Origin: Octopus vulgaris
Taxonomy: Eukaryota
Reading direction: 5' to 3'
DNA length: 64,000 nt
Assembly: GCA_951406725.2 (NCBI GenBank)
Contig: OX597832.1
Location: 6,014,001 to 6,078,000 of the forward strand
Every line of letters starts with the position of its first letter. Position 1 is the stretch's first letter. The translations under genes were made by a program, and so were the position numbers. Shown piece after piece: positions 13,953-27,790 of this stretch. The notes beneath the pieces were generated by a model. It was not told the origin of the DNA, made no database searches, and was given only the letters and a program-made list of their open reading frames with translations.

Positions 13953-16900
13953 AATCTGGAAGACTTGTAATTGTTTGAAATAAATTTATTTACATATATA
14001 CCAAACTAGTTTCAACTATATTTTTGTTTATCAATGGTAAAAATTTAGGATTATGAATTAGAAAAACATTTTTTAAAATTTCAATGTTAACAAAATAAAA
14101 TGTTCATAACAGACAAATTTAGAATTATGAATTAGAAAAACGTGTTCAAAAATTTCGTTGTTGACAAGTTTAAATGTTCACAACAGTCAATAATTTTAAA
14201 ACTGTGCATCAGTTTGTTTGAATGTACAAAGCTCATTAGTGTTAGTAGTGATGGACAAGAAATGAATATCATCAAAGTTTCGGTCATGCTTAGTTAAGAG
14301 GGAAAAAACAAGGGAAGAATGAAGATAGTAAGACATACGAGAGATAGTTCAACTCAACTTCTTATATTCTCCCCAGAAAGCTACAAATTAAAGCCATCCC
14401 CAATGAACCAGCAAAACAGAGAGAACTTAAAGGAAAAGTGATTCTGGAGAACTTCAAAATGGAGACAGAACTCCCGAAACTCAGCTCAATCCGACCAAGG
14501 AAAGTTCACTTCAATTGATGAAGAAATGAAGGTTGAAATCGCGAAAAAAAGCTCAAGGGGAATTTTTTGATAATACCATTCTACTCTGGAGAAAGAACTA
14601 TGAAAACGAGGAAATAATCTCACTTCAAAGATGGGAAAAAAACAACGATTGGTTCAATCACCATGAGGAAAAATTCAAGGAGGAATACCAATCTGATAAC
14701 CCTTTCTTGAAAACAACTAAAAATTATGAATTCCATATGACCGGAAGAAAGTCACTACCGGAACAATACCAGAATGCCCATCCAGAACCAAGAATAACCA
14801 ATACCCTCTCCGGGGTTCTAAATACTCATCAAAGACACAAAATGGGAAATTCCATTGCACCCTTCCCCTCAAGACAAAACACCCCCACTCAAAGATACAG
14901 AAACCCATCTCTCCTCAAGAACCCTCCACGTCTCAGACGTAACATCATCGTAAATAACTCTTTCGGACAGATCTATAAGAGAAATAAGAACTCTTCACGT
15001 CCGAGACACATTTCACATAAAGAAGACTTCGAACAGGACTAAAGAATTAGTAGTAACTACTCCCGCTCGAAACATTTCTTCCACAATAACCACTTGATCC
15101 AAACAGGATATAACCATTACGACAACCCCACTCAGAGCCGACCGCAACGGAGAACACACAATAGACCAAGGGTCAGCGGAAGGACAATCAACAGGAACAC
15201 TAACTTTTTACATCAAAGCCCAAGGAACCATTTTTTAGACAGACTGGGCCAAAACCGGGACACTTGATAACACCAAAGAAATGTGAGATCCCGAAGATGA
15301 TAAATCTCTAACATAAAACCTTTTCAAACCAGCAACTCGAAATTCTCGCAAAGGGAATGAAGTTCACCCCAACACCACAAAGGTCGAACGTAAATGATAC
15401 ACAAAATGATTTTCAGGAATTCTGCAGAAAACTTCGCTGGATAAAGAAAATAATGAGCAATCAATACTTCACAATAAAAGTTGACGAGTCCGACAAAAGG
15501 AAGAAACCAAACTCTGGATAACTTTTGTGATTTAGCTTTCAATTACCCCTACAATTTACTCCCACCTCGAAATTTAAAACAAACACTAGTCGAGAAGAAT
15601 GGGAAATCATTAATAATCTCAAGGAGGATGACAACATAATTATAAAAGAAGCCGATAAATGGAGTGCTGTAGTAACCATAGACTCAGAAAAATACATAAA
15701 CACTAACCTAATCCTCCTTCAGGACAATACCTACTAAGAAAATATCAACAACTACAGTCAATCCAAGATGATGATATAACTTTCAACCCTTATCCACCAG
15801 TTCCAACAAAGTTTAGCGGAAAAGGAGAGAGATTACATGACTAGATTTGACTGCAAAACCAGCAACTTTTATGGACTTCCCAAAATCCACAAAAGTGAAG
15901 CCATAAATGAAACCTGCAACAAATCAACTTCTGTAGTCATAAATATTCCACACCCGAGAATTCTCAAAATGAGACCAATTGTGGCCGGTCCCTCGTGTGA
16001 GACACACTGACTCAGTAACTTTATTGACGTTCTCCTTAAATTTATTCCCCAGCATATACCGAGCTTTATAAGGGATGAACTATCTCCCGAACAAAACCAG
16101 CAAGGACTCCCTTCTGGTTCCTTTCGATGTAGTGAACCTCTACACCTCGATTTCTCACGAATACGGAATAATAGCCATACAATACTGGCTGGAAAAATTC
16201 CCAAATGACATTCCTGACCGAATCGTTGAAGGAATAGAATTCATCCTACCGAACAACTTCTTCAACGAGAACATTTAGAGACAAAAATCAGGCACGGCGA
16301 TGGGAACAAGGGTAGCCCCTACTTTTGCCAACCTTGTCATGGTATACTTGGAAGTCCAAATAGACTGAAATTTGGAAACAACTTCCAAAAATACTGGAAA
16401 CGTTACCTGGATGACTGTTTCATTTTGTGGCCACTTAACCTTGAACAACTCTCAAAATTTAAAAACTTAATCAACAGCATTAACCACAGTATCCAGTTCA
16501 CAATGGAATACAGCCACAAACAACTAACCTTCTTGAACATCTTAATCATAAAAAGAGATATTGAAATTGAAGCTATCCTCTTCAAAACAACGGACACAAA
16601 ACAATATCTTCAATTTTCCTCCTGCCACCCAAAACATACTAAAATGAATATACCGTTTAACTTAGCAAGAAGAATTTGCACGATTGCATCAAATCCCGAA
16701 ACCCGAGAAAAGCGACTCCAAGAACTTAAAAACACATTACTAGATAGAAAATACTCGGCCAGTCTAATCTAAACGGAATAGAACGTGCAAAAATGATAGA
16801 CATCCAACAGTTACGGAAAACAAGAAAACACCATGACACACTTAAAACTTTATCTTACGTATCCACATACAATCCGAGGAACAGGGAAGCATACAACATT

Positions 16901-17920
16901 ATCCACCAAAACACACCCACACTTTATGAAGGACCTGCGAATGAAAAAGGCACTGGAAACATATAAAGAAAACTGCAATCCTTAAAACAGTTACTCACCA
17001 GCGCCAAATTATCCACCAAAAATACAATCCCACTTGTCAAAAAGTACAACCGCCCTAACTGTGGAACTTGCATCTTCCTCTTCGAGGGCTCAACATACAA
17101 AGTTAAGTCAGATCAAACTTTTACTTCCCCTGTGGTTCGAAGAACGTAATCAATGTTCTCAAATGTGGAGAGTGTGGTGGAGACTACATAGGTCAAACTA
17201 ATTTAACCTTGAGGGATAGACTAACGGTGCACAGGCAACAAAGCCGGGACCCCACGACTAGGAAAATCCCCATAAGCAAACATCTAGACCAATGCCCTGC
17301 AAACATAAGTCAGAAATACCAAATCTTCCCTCTCTATCAATGCACCGGAAACACTTCAACCCAATTCCGTTTAAATAAGGAAAGCATACTCATTAAAAAA
17401 ATATAAACCACAGCTGAATATCCTTTAGAAAGAAGAAAAAAGGAAAAAAAGAGAAAAAAGGAAAAAAAAGACTCAATATCTCCACAAACGACTGATGACA
17501 GTTCCCCACAGAGAAGCCAACCAGGCAGAACGACAAACTTGACTACCGGAAAAACAAGACGTCATCAGTACTTTAAAAAATCAAAAATCAGATCCGCTCG
17601 CACAAAAAATTATAAATAGACCGGATTCCAAAAAACACCGTTACAAGCGAAAATCCTTTGATTTTTTCCCTCTTAACTCAGTATGATTGAAACTTTGATG
17701 ATATTCTACTAACACTAATGAACTTTGTACATTCAAACAAATTGATGCACAGTTTTAATATTATTGACTGTTATGAACTTGTCAACATTGAAATTTTTTA
17801 ACATGTATTTCTAATTCTAAATTCTAAATTTTTACCATTGCTAAACAAAAAATATAGTTGAAACTAGTTTAGTATATATGTAAATAAATTTATTTTAAAC
17901 AATTACATGTCTTCCAGATT
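13953..17920 (+). mobile_element. Decayed Penelope-like element (RT plus GIY-YIG) with inverted terminal pLTR repeats
   Basis: Motifs FYGLPKIHK, MRPIVAG, FDVVNLYTSI, GTAMGTRVAPTFANL, RYLDDCF and CGECGGDYIGQT. 13953-14248 is the reverse complement of 17706-17920. Confidence 0.9.
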
Positions 17921-18009
17921 TAGGTGCATTTTCAACAACAAATTTGCCTGTATCTTTTCCTGCGTGGAAATACACACCCTCTTTTGTCTTATACACACAC
18001 ACACACATG

Positions 18010-18033
<24 letters not shown>

Positions 18034-18043
<10 letters not shown>

Positions 18044-18307
18044 AGGGATGACCACTAAGTGGACATCCATTATGCAAGAAGTTGACCCCCTATGATCTTA
18101 CCACTAAGAAAATAATGTTCTCAAGAAAATTTAGCAAACGCCAGAACGTAAGCGAGCAAGACAAATGAAAAGATACAAAATATAAAGATTAATCACAAAC
18201 CGGTTTGTGATTTTCTTGAGAACATTCCTTTCTTAGTGGTAAGACCATAGGGTGTCGACGTCTAGCATAATGGATATCCACTTAGAGGTCATCCCTCTTA
18301 TATGTAT
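18034..18307. repeat. Foldback element: about 95-bp inverted arms, with (TA)n on the left flank
   Basis: ATAAGAGGGATGACC...TCAAGAAAAT is mirrored by ATTTTCTTGAGAAC...GGTCATCCCTCTTAT. Confidence 0.8.
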
Positions 18308-18374
18308 GTAATATAATTTTTCTAAATCTTCAAATTTTTCTATATGCTAGACCACTGGTTTTAAATTGATATTA

Positions 18375-18411
<37 letters not shown>

Positions 18412-20014
18412 CAAATCACGTGGAGGCCTTTTACAAAATATTCTGCAACCATTATACGTAATGAATCGTCAGTAGTCCATATATCCGAAAAAGAGACACA
18501 CTAAGCATTAATTAGACCAGTAATATATTTTTAGGAAGTTAAATGTTATGGCCGGTCAGAGAGTGACCATAACATTTAAATTCCTAAGATGTGTGTGTGT
18601 GTGCGCGCGCGCGTGCGTGCATGCGTGTGTATTTTATGTATGTGCACACATACAGACTCACCCAAAAGTGCATGCATACACACACACACACATATATCTA
18701 TATCTATATATATATATCTTCTTTCTTTCTTTTCTTTTACTTGTTTCAGTCATTTGACTGCGGCCATGCTGGAGCACCGCCTTTTAGTCGAGCAACTCGA
18801 CCCCAGGACTTATTCTTTTTGTAAGCCCAGTACTTATTCTATCGGTCTCTTTTTGCCGAACCGCAAAGTAACGGGGACGTAAACACACCAGTATCGGTTG
18901 TCAAGCAATGCTAGGGGAACACACACAAACACACACACATACATATATATATATACATATATACGACAGGCTTCTTTCAGTTTCCGTCTACCAAATCCAC
19001 TCACAAGGCATTGGTCGGCCCGGGGCTATAGCAGAAGACACTTGCACAAGATACCACGCAGTGGGACTGAACCCGGAACCATGTGGCTGGTTAGCAAGCT
19101 ACTTACCACACAGCCACTCCTGCATACATGCATACATGCATAAATACATGCATACATACATGCATTCATACATGCATACATACATACATACATGCAGACA
19201 TACATACATGCATATAATTTTCTGTGCGCGCCTGTGAATATGGAGAATGGTAGAAGTGCTTCTACGTGCAAATGCACCATCATCAAAGATAAATATAATT
19301 GTAGATGTGATACTTTTGCATGTACTCAAAAGATTGCTAACCAGTGTCGGTGTACATATTCTGCAAATGACCAGTCTATGAGATATGATATGAATGCTAT
19401 CTCATTCGAGTAAAAACCGGATTTATACAGTCTAGTTTATCTCACAACGACCTGACCTGCGCTATCTCTCTCTCCCTCTCCATCTCTCTCTCTCCCTCTT
19501 ACACACACACATACTCTGTGTGTGTATGCGCGTGTATATATCGTGTGTGTGTGTCCTAGTGTGTTCTCAAGGGCGAATCCTGTGAAGTAGCATGTAAGCT
19601 GTCCGTGATCTGAATGTGTGATCTGGGGTCGACGCTCTCTTGAATTCATTTCTCTTTATTTTCGTTATTAACACTTTGGGGAGACATAAATAACTGTTTA
19701 CTTTTCTTTCATCCCGCCCCAAGCCTTATAAGGAGTCATTAATATCTCCTACACAAAGGGTGAGAGTGATAATACCTTATTAGAAAGTCAAATTGCATAA
19801 TTTATTCTGTTAAACTTCATTATTTCACCGGTCTGAGTTCAAATTCACAGCAGTTTGCTGATTCTGAAAAATCGTGGTCTTTCATCGACTTGATGAGAGC
19901 TAACTCGATTAAGTTAAGACTAATACGATCACTGTTTATGCATGCATGTATATATTTATATGTATGTGTATGTGTGTACATATATATATGTATATATGTA
20001 TATAAAATAATAAA

Positions 20015-20250
20015 TGCCCCCTTTTAAAGCCTAGCCAGGCTCATGGTTTCAATGGCGTATGTGTTCCCCAGCTGGACTGGACGCCAGTCCATCGCAGCGT
20101 TACTCATTTTTGCCAGCTGAGTGGATTGAAGCAACGTGAAATGAAGTGTTTTGCTCAAGAACATAACGCGTCGCCCGGCCCAGGAATCGAAACCACAATC
20201 TTACGATTATATTGCTGACACCCTAACCACTAAGCCACGCGCCTCCACTT
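20015..20250 (-). mobile_element. tRNA-derived SINE family D (related copy at 43068-43345)
   Basis: Minus-strand head GTGGAGGCGCGTGGCTTAGTGGTTAGGG...GGTTTCGATTCC, and a shared tail CCATGAGCCTGGCTAGGCTT. Confidence 0.7.
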
Positions 20251-20427
20251 GTGTGTGTATAAATATATATATAGAGAGAGAGAGGGGGAAAGAGAGAGAG
20301 AGTGTGTGTGAGAAAGATAAATAGATAGATAGATAGATAGATACACACCTCACACACACGTATCTATTTATATATGTATGTGTGTGAGTGTGTGCGTGTT
20401 AGTGTGTGCGTGTGAGTCTGTGGGGGG

Positions 20428-21560
20428 GGGGGGGCTGAAAAGTTCATAAGCTGAACAAAATACTCTTATGGAATGTGATCAAATGAGGTTTCTTTTTCAA
20501 CATAGTCCTCATTACGATCTACACACTTCTTCCAAGGTTGCAATGCTTGGATCCCATTGGTAAAGAAACTTACATCATATTAGTCAAAAGAGTCATCCCC
20601 AGCAGATATGACTTCATCATCACTGTGATACTGGTTCCCAGCCAAATGTCTTTCATATTGGGGAACAGATGATAGTCAGATTGTGCCAAATCAGGAGATT
20701 AAGGACGGCTGTCGACCAACTCAAAGCCACAGTCATTCACAACAGCCATTGAAACCAACGATTCCTATGCTGCAGCGTTGTCCTGATAATACAAGACACC
20801 TTTCGTCAGTTTTCAGGATAGTTGGTCTTGATAGTCTTTCGTAACTGCCTCAGCAAACTGGCATAGTAATCTCCAGTGATAGTGTAACTCTTTTGACCTA
20901 CATTGTTAAATACACCTACATCGTTAAATACAAATGGCGAAGCGAGTCAGGAAAAGCCAAACGGTCGAGCTGTCTTAACTGATGAGTCAACGGAAATTGC
21001 CGAAACTGACGCGTCAGTATTAAGAATTCTCGATTTGCACTTTTCGGACGATTATGGTCTCTGTTAGTGTATATGTTTTCATTCATGTACGTCAACTACA
21101 GTATTAGAGCGTTTGGTCTTGATAGTCTATCGTAACTGCCTCAACAAACTGGCATAGTAATCTCCATTGATAGTGTGACTCTTTTGACCTACATTGTTAA
21201 ATACATATGGCGAAGGGAGTCAGGAAAAGTCAGGAAAAGGTATAATAATTTCCATTGATAGTGCAACTTTTTGGAAAATAGTCAATAAACACAATGCCTT
21301 TGCATCCCTAAGACTAAGGCTATCGCCTTCCCTGCAGATGAAACCACTTTGGCCTTCTTTGGAGTAGTGAGGAGGGATGTTTCCACTACACGGATTGTCT
21401 TTTTGTTCCTGGTTCAAAATTAAAAAAATCAGCACTCATTCTGGGTGAAGAAGCATTCAAGGAAACCAGCTGCGTCTGCCTCAAAAAATGTCAGATTTCC
21501 CCGCGATGTGATCAGCAATACGCGACACCTACCGAGCAGAAAACTTGGTCAAGCCAAGGT
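20428..21560 (-). mobile_element. Decayed mariner transposon interrupted by an HHR-bearing insertion
   Basis: End GGGGCTGAAAAGTTC. The minus strand encodes DLAQSDYHLFPNMK and TINGDYYA-like motifs. Confidence 0.7.
20973..21025 (+). ncRNA. Canonical type I hammerhead ribozyme
   Basis: TCTTAA-CTGATGA-GTCAA(CGGAAA)TTGCC-GAAA-CTGAC(GC)GTCAG-TA-TTAAGA. All core nucleotides are present, with a GUA triplet (cut after 21019). Confidence 0.87.
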
Positions 21561-21562
21561 TG

Positions 21563-21593
<31 letters not shown>

Positions 21594-21604
21594 TTGCGTG
21601 TGTG

Positions 21605-21678
<74 letters not shown>

Positions 21679-22119
21679 CATACATATATTTGCGTGTGTG
21701 TGTGCATATATATATTTATATATGTATACTCTTTTACTCTTTTACTTGTTTCAGTCATTTGACTGTGGCCATGCTGGAGCACCGCCTTTAGTCGAGCAAA
21801 TCGACCCCGGGACTTTTTTTTTTTTTTTTTTTTTTACTTGTTTCAGTCATTTGACTGCGGCCATACTGGAGCACCGCCTTTAATCGAGCAACTCGACCCC
21901 GGGACTTATTCTTTTGTAAGCCCAGTACTTATTCTATCAGTCTCTTTTGCCGAACCGCTAAGTGACGGGAACGTAAACACACCAGCATCGGTTGTCAAGC
22001 AATGCTAGGCGGACAAACACAGACACACAAACACATACACACACACTTATATATATATACATATATACGACAGGCGTCTTTCAGTTTCCGTCTACCAAAT
22101 CCACTCACAAGGCATTGGC

Positions 22120-22890
22120 TTATCTGGTATTCCTTGAAGAAATTTTTCCAGACTCCGTTTAAAGGTGATTGGATCATTTTCCTCTTTGATCAGTTTTGGG
22201 ACAATGTTAAACAGGGCAGGGCCTTTTGAGGAAAAGAAATCGTGTTGTAATCCTGAATTGGGCAGGGGACGTATGGCCCGTGGTCCCAGCCTTGGATGAA
22301 CCTTGAAGCTAATGTTCAGGTCGTTTGGGTAGTGTTGGCAGTATATTTTCCACATCGTGCCAATGATCTACCACTCGCGGCGGCGCTGGAGAGAGTAGAG
22401 TTTCAAGGCTTTAAGGCGGTCCCAGTAATCGAGATCAATCATGCTCTTAATTCGTTTAGTGAATTCCCTCTGGAGTGATTCAATTTTCGAGATATTTTGT
22501 TTTGTATAGTGTGACCACAGGGGGTTGCAGTATTCGAGGTGTGGCCGTACAAAGGAGGAGAAAAGTGGAATGATGACACCTTGTTCTCTGGACCGGAAGG
22601 TTCTTAAGATCCAGGAGCTCATCCTACGAGCTATATCGACCTTATTGTTGATGTGGGCACTCCAACTGAGATTGTTATCAACAATTACTCCTAGTTTTTT
22701 TATATTATTAGTTGCTGTGAGCGGTTCCCCTGAAGGAAGATAGTGTGGCTGTTTTAGTATAGTCTTTCTTCCCAAAATGCATCAGCTCAAATTTTCCCTC
22801 GTTTAGTTGCATTTTGTTTTTGTCTGCCCATTGACTCACCGCATATAGATCAGATTGGAGTTAAGCTCAGTCTTCATTGGTGATTTTCTG
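22120..22890 (-). mobile_element. CR1/L2-clade LINE 3' fragment
   Basis: LGVIVDNNLSWSAHI...FVRPHLEYCNPLW...LKALKLYSLQRRRE, abutting a truncated SINE. Confidence 0.85.
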
Positions 22891-23066
22891 GAGAAGATAT
22901 ATGTGTGTGTGTGTGTGTGTGTATTTGTTCGACCAACGGCGGTGTTCCAGCATAGACGCAGTCACATGACTGAAACAAGTAAAACAATAAAAAAACAATA
23001 ATAAATCTCTGAACGAGGTATGTACCTCACAATAAAAAAACTATGCCATTTTAATCCCCAGCAAGC

Positions 23067-23109
<43 letters not shown>

Positions 23110-23110
23110 T

Positions 23111-23159
<49 letters not shown>

Positions 23160-23341
23160 CGACAGGCTCCTTTCAGTTTCCGTCGACCAAATCCACTCAT
23201 AAGGCTTTGATCAGCTCGAGTAGACGACATTTGTCCATGGTGCCACGCAGTGAGACTGAATCCGGAACCATGTGGTTGGGAAGCAAACTTCTTACCACAC
23301 AGCCACGCCTGCGCCTACACACACACACACACACACACACA

Positions 23342-23394
<53 letters not shown>

Positions 23395-26300
23395 ATACGC
23401 GCGCGCACGATAGGCGAGAGCTGGGTATGCTGAGTATAGAAAACACGTAGTAGACCTCAAAACGATTTAAACTTGCTTCATGTAAATATATTTATATCAA
23501 GTCTAACTGCGTTTACTTCATTACTATCTCTCTCTCTCTCTCTCTCTATCTCTATCTCTCTCTGCGTGTGCGTGTGTGTATGTATGTAGTTATATATCGT
23601 TTTTAATGGTAAAGCTCGAAGATAAAGTATAAATAACAGCGTGTAAATACTGTATAAAAAAATTCCCATTTGGATGAAGAACGAAAAAGGCAGCCGTGAC
23701 TCGTAGAGATGACGGACGTTCTACCACTGTACCAAAGCAACCCTTCGGCTTCATCTATCCATTCTAGAAGCTTTGTTCTTACTAGCGAGAATGGTATGTT
23801 GTTTACGTCATTCAAATTTAGAAACTTCAAGTGTCACCGTTAGAAACGATCTATTTCATGTCTCTCGAAGTTTTAGATTCGTAAGACGCAATCGATGTGT
23901 GTGTGTGTGCGTGTGTGTGTGTGTAAGAGATGTTTGTGTATGTATGTATATATGTATGTATATATGTATGTATGTATTTAATGGAGATGTTTGGTGGTGT
24001 TCTAACGATGCTATAAATTTCTTAGATATTAACTACCACATAAAATGTTCTTGATATTTCTTATTTTTTCTAGAAACCTAAGGAAAATGAAGCCTGCATT
24101 TATTCACATAACTTGAATATGATATCCAAAATCAGTTGCTTGATAAATAAAATCTGGAATATTTTCCAAATACGGAGTTAATAAACATATACATTTAAAT
24201 TTGGAGTTGTTTTGCGTAATTATAATTCACGAGATTTGACTAGAAAATTCTAAAGTTAAAGATACATGACTTTGAATAACCATTATATATGTATGACCTT
24301 TATTACTCTACATTAGATCAGATAAGTTATTTTCTTGTTATATTTGAGAAAAACTTCATACACTTTCATACTACGGAGTTTTAACTATATCTATACAATC
24401 CCTTAAATTATTATTCAGAGGAGTGTTGAGTTCAAGACGACGTAGAGACGGTAACTAACTACCCATGACAACAACGATTTGGTTGAAAATTTCCAGACGA
24501 TATCCTCAGCCAAGGATTTTATAACCACTTTAACTACGTAAAATATCTTTGGTAAGTGTAGGGGAAACAGAAAACTGCACATGTAAGTTCATAGGGAAGA
24601 GGCACGATCTCCTAATATTGTCCTCAAGATTTGGGCTGTACAGTATTACAACAAAACTCTAGCTGTCTAGCATCTCATGTTGGAGAGATTACAGTAGCGG
24701 AAGTTTCGTTAGCACATGATTCTCCAGGATTTTGTGTCCTATATTGCTCGTGCAACACAATTGATAGTTTTGATAGGAAGGAGATAAAAGAACTGTTATG
24801 AAGGCAGTATCCAACCTGTAAATGAAAGAAGCGATCGGAGCTGTAGAGAATATATGAGAATGATTGAGGGCGAATGCGAAACAAATGGATATCCCACCGG
24901 AATAACAAAGATTTCAAGGTATCATGATCTCTGAACTTTGACAGAAAGAAGAGGAAGACCTTACGACAGAAGCAATGAAGTTATGAAGCCGGTGGACATG
25001 AGTTTGATATATATCTGCTGAACAAAGAAAACGATGGTGTAATATGCTGTGAAAACTAGTTACGATCTCGTTTAAGGTCGATGTACGATGCAATTCCCTT
25101 CCCGGACAATTCCAAACGATCAAACAAAGATAAAACACCCGTTTCATCGTTTATGTCATCTGTGTGGTGTCTGCGCATTAATAGAATGTATTCTGGCAAA
25201 ATTCAAGTCATCCCTAGGAGAATGTTTCTGATGACATTGTCGAAAGTGTATTAAAATAGTAATGAATTACCAACATGAATGCGATGAGAATCAACTCCAA
25301 ACTACACCTGATTGTTTTCTACAGAGAATGTTAAAATAGGCCAATGCAAAGGTCTAAACAAAGGTAAACCAATACAAAGACTCCTAAATACTGCTAATGA
25401 GAGGATGTTCAGAGGGCTTAGAGGAATTACTGGTATTTCAATGCCATAGTATGATAACGGAGCAACGTTCTAACCTTATGGGCAAGACCTACTTGACAAA
25501 ATTAAGTTCTAGTCATTGTGACCCCGTCATATTACCTTCCAAACGCAATGTGAAAGGGTCACATGACTATGAGACATTGGGATGGATCTGTATAATAATG
25601 CCAGTAAATGTAGATATCGTGGATTGGATCCATAATGTCTTATGTGACTTGCATCAATTTAAAAATATAGAGGAAAAGAAACGCTTCATCATGGATATGA
25701 AAAATTCGGATATTCCACCATAATAGCAGCAATATTGTCGGCACGCCAAGGTGCCGAGCTGGCAGAAACGTTAGCACGCCGGGCGAAATGCTTAGCGGTA
25801 TTTCGTTAGTCTCTATGTTCTGAGTTCAAATTCCTCCGAGGTCGACGTTGCCTTTCATCCTTTCGGGGTCGATTAAATAAGTACCAGTTATGCACTGGGG
25901 TCGATATAATCGACCTAATCCGTTTGACTGTCCTTGTTTGTCCTCTCTGTGTTTAGCCCCTTGTGGGTAGTAAAGAAATAGGTATTTCGTCAGTCTCTAC
26001 GTTTTGAGTTCAAATTCCGCCGAGGTCGACTTTGCCTTTCAGCCAGGTGCGTACTGGGGTCGGACTAATCGACTGGCCCCCTCCCCCAAAATTTCGGGCC
26101 TTGTGCCTAGAGTAGAAAAGAATATTGTTGGCACTCCTTGAGAAAGTAATATCGTCGGAATGTGCAGAAATAATTCTGATTTCCGTTCGGTTGATATAGT
26201 GCAAGCTGTATGTAAAATATATTTATTAACCCTTTGCTTTCTTGTCTTCTAAGTATTTTACTCACCGTAGATATATTAAATTTTTTAACCCATTACTATC

Positions 26301-27358
26301 ATATATCAGTTTGAGGTCCTGACATCCTGCTATCACGCTACACTAAATATTGTGTCTATTTATAGCAGAAAATTATACAAGATGTTGGAGTCGATAATTT
26401 ATATTGCTCCTACTATACTTTACATCAAATTTATATTGCTCCTACTATACTTTACATCAAATTTATAACTTTATCACTTAATTTATGCAGCTTACTACGA
26501 CTATACAAACGGAAAGAGCAACATTCATAACTATGACTTCTGCTTAGACTGTAGGATAAGAATGAAAGACGGTTCTAACAGAGTTGCATGGTAACGAATG
26601 TAGGTTAACATTTGCCATACAAACGTCAGCGGAAGAATGTTATTACAAGGAATGAAAATTAGGTAAAGTACTGAGTACAAAGTTCAAAAACTAGAATATT
26701 AATTACATATACGACAATATAAAACTCTGCTGTTGGTTCCTGGTTATGCGACACCCATTATATATGATGGTGTGACGAGACTGGACTATGATTCTGATTC
26801 GTTTTATTCATTTATGTCTTTTAGTCATTGAACTGTAATCATGCTGGGGCACCGCCATCAAGGCGTTAGTCAGTCATATCAACCACAGCATTTATTTTAG
26901 TCTGGTGTACCTATTTTATCAATCTCTAATGTTGAAAATCTAGTTTAACATATAAAAGAACCCAACTTAAAAAATACTATTCTTTGAACAAGAGTTACCT
27001 ATAGTATTCCTTTATATCTATTAACATAACCATAGATGCATAAACATAGAAGCAAAGACGAACACAACCCCAGGTATGACTGCGTAGGTTTAGAACTTTC
27101 CTTCCCAATCACACGATTTGAGGTTCAGTCCCATTGCGTGAGGAAATGTATCTTCAGGGTTATTAAAAGTTTGTGAGTGGATTTCATAGACACGAACTGA
27201 AAGAAATCGACCCCAGGACTTATTCTTTGTAAGCCTACTACTTATTCTATCGGTCACTTTTGCCGAACCGCTAATTTACGGGGACGTAAACACACCAGCA
27301 TCGGTTGTCAAGTGATGTTGGGAGGACAAACGCAGACACACAAACATACACACACGCA

Positions 27359-27470
<112 letters not shown>

Positions 27471-27662
27471 CGACTGGCTTCTTTCAGTTTCTGTCTACCA
27501 AATCCACTCACAAGGCTTTGGTTGGCCCGAGGCTATAGTAGAAGACACTTGTCCAAGATGCCACGCAGTGGGACTGAACCCGGAACCATGTAGTCCGTAA
27601 GCAAGCTACTTACCACACAGCCACTCCTACGCCTAGTGCATAAATATGTGTGAGTGAGAACA

Positions 27663-27741
<79 letters not shown>

Positions 27742-27790
27742 CCTATAATAAATCTCTGAGCGAGATATAAACCGTAGCAATACGGAATCG

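Noticed and set aside
23710-23800. Apparent exon ATG...G|GTATGT (MTDVLPLYQSNPS...)
   Set aside because: Homologous to the repeat at about 34262-34327; no partner exons or protein similarity.
25222-25260. CTGATGACATTGTCGAAAGTGTA hammerhead-like string
   Set aside because: No valid stem II closing pair and weak stems I and III; probably chance within a decayed repeat.
24400-25730. Possible old LINE remnants (also 36100-37330 and 44350-45130)
   Set aside because: Only faint motif traces; too degraded to assign by eye.
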